Shown one piece after another: positions 56,778-64,000 of a DNA stretch of 64,000 bases. The stretch spans positions 13,726 through 77,725 of the forward strand of contig JAYOTF010000013.1 of assembly GCA_038150265.1 (NCBI GenBank), given 5' to 3'. This stretch comes from Deltaproteobacteria bacterium. Its GTDB lineage: Bacteria > SAR324 > NAC60-12. The stretch's first letter is position 1. Each line of letters starts with the position of its first letter. The notes under the pieces are model-generated. The model was not told where the DNA came from, did no database searches, and saw only the letters and a program-made list of their open reading frames with translations. The position numbers were made by a program, and so were the translations under genes.

Positions 56778-57612
56778 AGAGCAGCTTTATCCGGAGTGGG
56801 CGCAGACGTTCAAGATCGATGAGGTGCTGTTTGAGCACCGGACCGAGCACCAGCACCTGATCATTTTCAAGAATGCCCAATTCGGACGCGTGATGGCGCT
56901 TGATGGCATCATCCAGACCACCGAGGCGGACGAGTTCGTTTATCATGAAATGCTGGCGCATGTGCCGCTCTTTGCCCATGGCGAAGCCAAGCGGGTGCTG
57001 ATCATTGGAGGGGGAGACGGAGGGTTGCTCCGGGAGGTGCTCCGGCATCCGGAAGTGGAGCATGTCACGCAGGTGGAAATTGACGGGCAGGTGATCGAGA
57101 TGGCGAAGGAGTTGCTGCCGAATCACTCGCAGGGCGCCTTTGACGACCCTCGGGTCCGCATCGTCATCCAGGACGGCATTGAGTACGTGAAGACCTGCAC
57201 CGAGGCGTTTGACGTGATCCTCAGTGACTCCACCGACCCGATGGGGCCAGGCGAGGTGCTCTTCACGTCTCCGTTTTACACCGGGTGCCAGCGTTTGCTC
57301 GGAGAGCAGGGCATTTTGGCCACCCAAAATGGGGTGCCTTACCTGCAGCTGGAAGAAGTCCGGGTGACGCACCAGCGCCTGAAGCCACTGTTTGCAGACG
57401 CCTTCTTTTATGGCGCATCGGTGCCGACCTATGTGGGAGGAATCATGACCTTTGGGTGGGCCACGCAGAATCCGGAGCTGCGGCAGCAACCGGCGTCCGT
57501 GCTGCGGGAACGCTTTGAGCAAGCGGGGTTCCGGACTCGCTTCTACACTCCGGAGCTGCACCACGGCAGCTTTGCGCTGCCTCAGTACGTCCTCGACAGC
57601 TTCCTGGGCTGA
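56764..57612 (+). CDS. speE: Spermidine synthase (polyamine aminopropyltransferase)
   Basis: ALDGIIQTTEADEFVYHEMLAH, LIIGGGDGG, VEID, DSTDP. Confidence 0.96.
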   Translation: MERFEEQLYPEWAQTFKIDEVLFEHRTEHQHLIIFKNAQFGRVMALDGIIQTTEADEFVYHEMLAHVPLFAHGEAKRVLIIGGGDGGLLREVLRHPEVEHVTQVEIDGQVIEMAKELLPNHSQGAFDDPRVRIVIQDGIEYVKTCTEAFDVILSDSTDPMGPGEVLFTSPFYTGCQRLLGEQGILATQNGVPYLQLEEVRVTHQRLKPLFADAFFYGASVPTYVGGIMTFGWATQNPELRQQPASVLRERFEQAGFRTRFYTPELHHGSFALPQYVLDSFLG

Positions 57613-57705
57613 TGCCTGAGCCTCTTCGGAGGCTCGCCTTCCTCCTCACTCCGTCACACAACTCACTCCGGACCCTGGGCTTCTGTGGGGTTCAGGCGTG
57701 AAGGC

Positions 57706-58380
57706 TCACTCCGGCGCCAGCCGCTGTTCCAGCCAGGCGACCAGGCGGGTCACCAGAAAATTCAGGACCAGGTAAAGGGCCCCGGCGACAATGAAGATCT
57801 CGATGGGGGCGTACGTCTTGGCGATGATGGACCGGGCAACCCCGGTCATTTCCATGAGGGTGATGGTGCTGGCAAGCGAGCTGGCCTTGACCATGAGGAT
57901 CATTTCGTTGCCGTAAGCCGGCAAGGCGATGCGAGTGGCCTGAGGCAAGAGGACCCGCCGGAAGCGCTGCAGCGGACTCATCCCAAACGCGAGGGCCGCT
58001 TCAATCTGCCCGTGTGGGACCCCCTGAAGGGCCCCTCGGAAGATCTCGCTCGCATAGGCGCCGGTGTTGAGCGTCAGCGCCAGCACGGCACACCAGTACG
58101 GCTCCCGTAGCAAGATCCAGAGCCAGCTTTCCCGGATCCATTCGACCTGCCCAAGTCCGAAGTAAATCAGAAAGATCTGCACCAGCAGCGGGGTCCCCCG
58201 GAAGACAAACACGTAGCTCTTGACGAGCTGAGTTGCCAGGGAACCGCCGTACACCCGCAGCAGGGCCAGCGCCAGCGCGAGGAAGAAGCCCAGCAGGAGC
58301 GACATCCCAACCAGCTGCAGGGTTTCTCCCAGTCCGCCCAGAATCTTGGGGAGGCTGGAGCTCATGAGGTCCCAGTTCAT
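57706..58380 (-). CDS. Polar amino acid ABC transporter permease (HisM-like)
   Basis: FRGTPLLVQIF, AYASEIFRG, GQIEAA. Confidence 0.92.
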   Translation of the reverse strand: MNWDLMSSSLPKILGGLGETLQLVGMSLLLGFFLALALALLRVYGGSLATQLVKSYVFVFRGTPLLVQIFLIYFGLGQVEWIRESWLWILLREPYWCAVLALTLNTGAYASEIFRGALQGVPHGQIEAALAFGMSPLQRFRRVLLPQATRIALPAYGNEMILMVKASSLASTITLMEMTGVARSIIAKTYAPIEIFIVAGALYLVLNFLVTRLVAWLEQRLAPE

Positions 58381-59078
58381 GTGCGTGATGCTCCACGGTT
58401 GGCCCAGCGTTCGGCGCGGACAAAGCCACGTTCACTGAGGGAGGTCAGAACGAGGAACAGCACGGCAGCGGTGCTGTAAAAGAGAAACGGGCTGCGTTCG
58501 GATCCGGAAGCGACATAGGCCTGCCGCATCAGCTCCACCAGTCCGGTGACTGAGATGAGGGCCGTATCCTTGAGGGTGAGCTGCCAGACGTTTCCCATGC
58601 CAGGCAGGGCCAGCCGGGCCGTCTGCGGAACCAGCACCCGGGAAAACAGCGTCATGCGTGGCATGCCGATGGCGTGCGCGGCTTCCAGCTGTCCCTTTGA
58701 AACCGCCTGCACCGCGCCTCGGATGACCTCGGTGGAGTAGGCGCCGCTGATCAGTCCGACCGCAACCACGCCAATGGCAAAGGCGGGAACTTCAATGTAG
58801 CCCTCATGTCCGAAGATGCTGGCAACGAACATGACCGCTCCATTGCCTCCGAAGAAGAGGAGGTAGATGATGAGCAACTCCGGAACCCCTCGGATGAGGG
58901 TGGTGTAGCCATTGGCCAACCAGCGCAGCACCCGGGGACCTGAGAGCTTGACCCACGCCAGCAGGGTGCCAATGACGGTGCCCAGCAGCAGCGAGCAGAC
59001 TGAAACCGCCAGCGTCATGAGCATGGCGAGGAGCATTTCGTCTCCCCAGCCGTTGGGGCCAAAGGCGAGTTTTTCCAT
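58377..59078 (-). CDS. Polar amino acid ABC transporter permease (HisQ-like)
   Basis: RGVPELL, AYSTEVIRG, GQLEAA, LKDTAL. Confidence 0.92.
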   Translation of the reverse strand: MEKLAFGPNGWGDEMLLAMLMTLAVSVCSLLLGTVIGTLLAWVKLSGPRVLRWLANGYTTLIRGVPELLIIYLLFFGGNGAVMFVASIFGHEGYIEVPAFAIGVVAVGLISGAYSTEVIRGAVQAVSKGQLEAAHAIGMPRMTLFSRVLVPQTARLALPGMGNVWQLTLKDTALISVTGLVELMRQAYVASGSERSPFLFYSTAAVLFLVLTSLSERGFVRAERWANRGASRT

Positions 59079-59133
59079 GAAGGCGCACGTCAGGTGAGGT
59101 GGGGGCGGGATGCCGAAGCACCCCGCAGAGGGC

Positions 59134-59979
59134 TTACATGGAGATGTCTTTGCCGAACCACTGGTTCGAGATGCGGCTCAGGGTTCCGTCGGCCCGGACG
59201 GAGTCAATGGCCTTGTTGAACAGACCCAGCAGGTCGGTGTCGCTCTTGCGCAGACCAATGCCCACGCCAGCGCCAAAGACGTCTCCGCTCATGCGCGGTC
59301 CAGCGAAGGTGAGGGACTGACCGGAGTCGGACTCCAGGAATTCCTCAAAGGCGCCCGTGTCGGCGAGGGCGGCGTCAATCCGTCCAGAAGCCATGTCGAG
59401 GTTGAGGTCGTCCTGCGTCTGGTAGGTCCGCATGGTGGAGCCGGTGAGGTACTTCTCCACAAAATTGGCGTGGATGGTCGCCGACTGCACCCCGATGGTT
59501 TTGCCGTCAAGGACTTCCACAAGTCGATCAATGGCGGCTTTCTCGTTGGCGCTCATGCGGTCGAGGTTGATCTTCTCCGGGAAGCTGGAGCTGTCGAGGT
59601 CACTGCCCTTGGCGGTGATGAAGGACGCGCCATCGGTCATGTAGCCCTGGCTGAAGTTGATCACTTCCTGACGCTCCGGTGTGATCGACATGCCCGCGAT
59701 GATGGCGTCGTACTTGCCTTGCTGCAGCGCCGGGATGATGCCATCCCAGTCCTGGGCGACAAAGGTGCACTCGACCTGCATGCGCTTGCAGAGCTCGCGG
59801 CCCAGGTCGATCTCGGCGCCGACCAGGTTGCCATTGGCATCGGTGGCGTTCCACGGCGGGTAGGCGCCTTCGGTGCCGATCCGAACCGTTTTCCATTCCT
59901 TGGCCTGGGCGGTGAGGACCATCCCCAGCGCCAGGGCCAGAGACAGCCACAGGGTTTTCTTGAACATCATGCTCTCCAT
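59134..59979 (-). CDS. Basic amino acid (Lys/Arg/Orn/opine) ABC substrate-binding protein
   Basis: Signal peptide; IGTEGAYPPWN, WDGIIPAL, GMSITPER, GVQSATIH. Confidence 0.9.
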   Translation of the reverse strand: MESMMFKKTLWLSLALALGMVLTAQAKEWKTVRIGTEGAYPPWNATDANGNLVGAEIDLGRELCKRMQVECTFVAQDWDGIIPALQQGKYDAIIAGMSITPERQEVINFSQGYMTDGASFITAKGSDLDSSSFPEKINLDRMSANEKAAIDRLVEVLDGKTIGVQSATIHANFVEKYLTGSTMRTYQTQDDLNLDMASGRIDAALADTGAFEEFLESDSGQSLTFAGPRMSGDVFGAGVGIGLRKSDTDLLGLFNKAIDSVRADGTLSRISNQWFGKDISM

Positions 59980-59984
59980 TGCAA

Positions 59985-60764
59985 TTAGAAGTGAGTGACG
60001 CTGGCCAGAAACTGGCGGCAGCGTTCCGTGGTTGGGGCTTCAAAAACCGAAGCCGGAGGGCCCCATTCCCCCACGACTCCTTGGTCCAAAAAGAGGACAT
60101 TGCTGCTGACATCGCGGGCAAAGCGCATTTCATGAGTGACCACGAGCATGGTCCGGCCTTCTTCCGCGAGCGCTCGCATGACCTTGAGCACCTCGCCCAC
60201 GAGTTCGGGGTCAAGGGCGCTGGTGGGCTCATCGAAGAGCAGCACCTCCGGCTCCATGGCCAGGGCCCGGGCGATGCCGACGCGTTGCTGCTGTCCTCCG
60301 GAAAGCTGAATCGGCCAGGCTGCGGCACGGTCCGCTAGCCCAACCTTTTCCAGGTAGTGAAGGGCGCGGTCCCGGGCTTCGGCCTTCGGCACCTTGAGCA
60401 CGTGGATGGGGCCTTCAGTGACGTTGTCGAGGACATTGAGGTGCGTCCAGAGGTTGAAGGACTGGAAGACCATCCCGCACCGCTGCCGCAGCTTCACAAT
60501 GTCGCGCCGGGGGGCTCCCGCCTGAAAGACCTGTCCGGAGAGTGCGATGGTGCCCCGGTCGGGTTCTTCAAGAAAGTTGATGCAGCGCAGGAACGTGCTC
60601 TTCCCGGACCCGGAAGACCCGATGATGGAGACGACGTCTCCTTCGTGGGCGTCGAGAGAGATGCCCTTGAGCACTTCCACTCCTCCAAACGACTTGTGGA
60701 GGTCGGTCACGCGCAGGCGGCTTTCAGAGGCATTCGCCGAGGCAGTGGAGGAGGGATTCGACAC
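59985..60764 (-). CDS. Polar amino acid ABC transporter ATPase (HisP-like)
   Basis: GSSGSGKST, LSGGQQQR, FDEPTSALDPE, VTHEM. Confidence 0.94.
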   Translation of the reverse strand: MSNPSSTASANASESRLRVTDLHKSFGGVEVLKGISLDAHEGDVVSIIGSSGSGKSTFLRCINFLEEPDRGTIALSGQVFQAGAPRRDIVKLRQRCGMVFQSFNLWTHLNVLDNVTEGPIHVLKVPKAEARDRALHYLEKVGLADRAAAWPIQLSGGQQQRVGIARALAMEPEVLLFDEPTSALDPELVGEVLKVMRALAEEGRTMLVVTHEMRFARDVSSNVLFLDQGVVGEWGPPASVFEAPTTERCRQFLASVTHF

Positions 60765-60894
60765 AGTGGTATTGGTAAGATGAGATCCGTTGGGTTCTTC
60801 ATTAAAACCTCATATTAAATGGAGAACCTGCTACTTTGTAAAGGTCAAAGCTACATTTTTCGCCGTTTCTGTTGATTTCTCCCCAAGGAGCCGG

Positions 60895-62025
60895 ATGCCT
60901 CGTGAAACCTTCTTGCCATTGACCCTGACGGCCCCTGGAACGCAGCGCGCGCTGCGGGTGCTGGATTTTGGTCCTGCTGACGCCACGCCGCTGATCTACC
61001 TCCAGGCCTCAATTCATGCTGATGAAATTCCGGCGCTCGCAACCGCGCATCGGCTGGAGCAGAGGCTCACGCAACTGGAAGCCGAGGGCGCGTTTCGTGG
61101 ACGGGTCCGGCTGGTTCCCGTGGCGAACCCGGTGGGGCTGGACCAGCACCTGATGGGGCAGCACCTGGGGCGCTTCGAGTTTTCCAGCCGCGACAACTTC
61201 AACCGGGGCTATCCGGAGTTGGGGGACGTGCTTCCGGAGCGGCTGAAGGGGGTGCTGACGGACGATCCCGACCAGAACGTCCGGGTGATCCGGGAGGCGA
61301 TCCGGGCCGTGCTGGCAGAGCGCCCGCCTGTGAGCGCTCCGGAGGAGCACAAGCGTCTGCTCTTTGAGCAGGCTCTGGACGCCGACCTGATTGTGGACCT
61401 GCACTGCGACGATGAAGCCGAGCTGCACCTGTACACCAGCCCCTCCGGGTGGGACGCTTTTGAAAGCCTCGCTCGCCTGTTGCACATTCCGGTGGTGATG
61501 CTGGCTGACGATTCCGGAGGAGCCAGCTTTGACGAGGCCCTGCCGGGGCTGTGGACCGCTCTGCAGCAGGCTCTTCCGGAGGCGCCTCTTCCCTCGGCCA
61601 CCCGAGGCTGTACGGTGGAGCTGCGTGGCATGGAAGACGTCCGGCTGGACCTGATTGAGCAGGATACCGAGGCGATTTTGGCCTTTCTGCAGCGTCAGCA
61701 GGTGCTGGAGGGGGCCGAGGTGCCCCTCCCGGAGCCGGTTCCGCATGTGGTTCCGCTGGAGGCGGTGGACTTCCCGGCTGCACCGGTGGCCGGGATTGTG
61801 CTGTGGCACAAGCAACTGGGGGAGGAGGTCACTGAAGGAGAGCCGCTTGCGGAAATCTGGGTGCCGGGACAGGCCAGCCAGCCTCCGATTTCAGTCCGGG
61901 CCCGCTGTTCCGGACGCCTGTTTGTGCGCACTCGCCAGCGCTTTGTTGAGGCGGGCGCCAGCCTGGGGAAAATCTGCAGCGCGGCCCCGTTGCCGTGGCG
62001 GAAGGGCTACCTGCTCAACGCCTGA
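60895..62025 (+). CDS. Succinylglutamate desuccinylase/aspartoacylase (M14) family protein
   Basis: QASIHADE, ANPVG, NFNR, DLHCD, TVELRG. Confidence 0.88.
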   Translation: MPRETFLPLTLTAPGTQRALRVLDFGPADATPLIYLQASIHADEIPALATAHRLEQRLTQLEAEGAFRGRVRLVPVANPVGLDQHLMGQHLGRFEFSSRDNFNRGYPELGDVLPERLKGVLTDDPDQNVRVIREAIRAVLAERPPVSAPEEHKRLLFEQALDADLIVDLHCDDEAELHLYTSPSGWDAFESLARLLHIPVVMLADDSGGASFDEALPGLWTALQQALPEAPLPSATRGCTVELRGMEDVRLDLIEQDTEAILAFLQRQQVLEGAEVPLPEPVPHVVPLEAVDFPAAPVAGIVLWHKQLGEEVTEGEPLAEIWVPGQASQPPISVRARCSGRLFVRTRQRFVEAGASLGKICSAAPLPWRKGYLLNA

Positions 62026-62157
62026 GCCGCGCCTTGATTTTGACTCTTTGGGGGACTTTGCTAAGTTGGCGAGGCGTTGCTGCCGCAGCAAGGCCCACTC
62101 ACCCCGGAGGCCCGTGCCGGGATTCTTTCCGAATTCTTCACTTACTACAGGAACGCT

Positions 62158-63849
<1,692 letters not shown>

Positions 63850-63857
63850 GAAAGGGA

Positions 63858-63886
63858 TTGACTCTCGGGACCACTTCCCGTATCTT
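63858..63886 (+). promoter_or_regulatory. Sigma-70 promoter for tRNA-Lys
   Basis: TTGACT-17 nt-TATCTT, 18 nt upstream of the tRNA. Confidence 0.6.
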
Positions 63887-63904
63887 AGCAGATTCTGTTG
63901 CGTT

Positions 63905-63980
63905 GGGTCGGTAGCTCAGTTGGTAGAGCATCTGACTTTTAATCAGGTGGTCCGGGGTTCGAGCCCCCGCCGACCCACCA
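63905..63980 (+). tRNA. tRNA-Lys (anticodon TTT)
   Basis: 76 nt; acceptor stem gggtcgg/ccgaccc, D-arm gctcagttggtagagc, anticodon loop cttttaa, T-loop gttcgag, encoded CCA. Confidence 0.97.
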
Positions 63981-64000
63981 ACGGAATCAGTGAGTTAGGC

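Overview
A GC-rich (roughly 60-63% by eye), gene-dense core-chromosome segment from a flagellated Gram-negative bacterium. The gene content suggests a deltaproteobacterial/SAR324-like lineage (inference only). From left to right it holds: a very large FliD cap (truncated by the window edge) and a flagellin behind two tandem sigma-28 promoters; mutY; a SutA-like small protein; an orphan PAS kinase; an orphan CI/LexA-type repressor; mscS; a livGFHM ABC set with no binding protein; a six-gene alternative complex III operon (actABCDEF); sohB-tpm-kdsB-uppS-cdsA-dxr-rseP; cobO; an ExbB/ExbD/TonB-C cluster with unknown accessory genes running into murJ; ilvC; an EVE protein; an acyl-CoA ligase; lon; speD-speE; a polar amino acid ABC transporter; ilvD; and tRNA-Lys(UUU). 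The most notable unexplained signals are (1) a promoter-driven, heavily base-paired ~280-nt RNA candidate with a 5' pseudoknot and mutually exclusive helices upstream of speD-speE, (2) strong window-wide over-representation of the palindrome TCCGGA (HIP-like), (3) an ActB that retains the N-terminal FS0 cysteine motif, (4) a domain shared by flagellin and a triple-repeat giant FliD, and (5) the Ton/Tol-like motor cluster with unrecognised partners. I saw no CRISPR array, rRNA, transposase or integrase.
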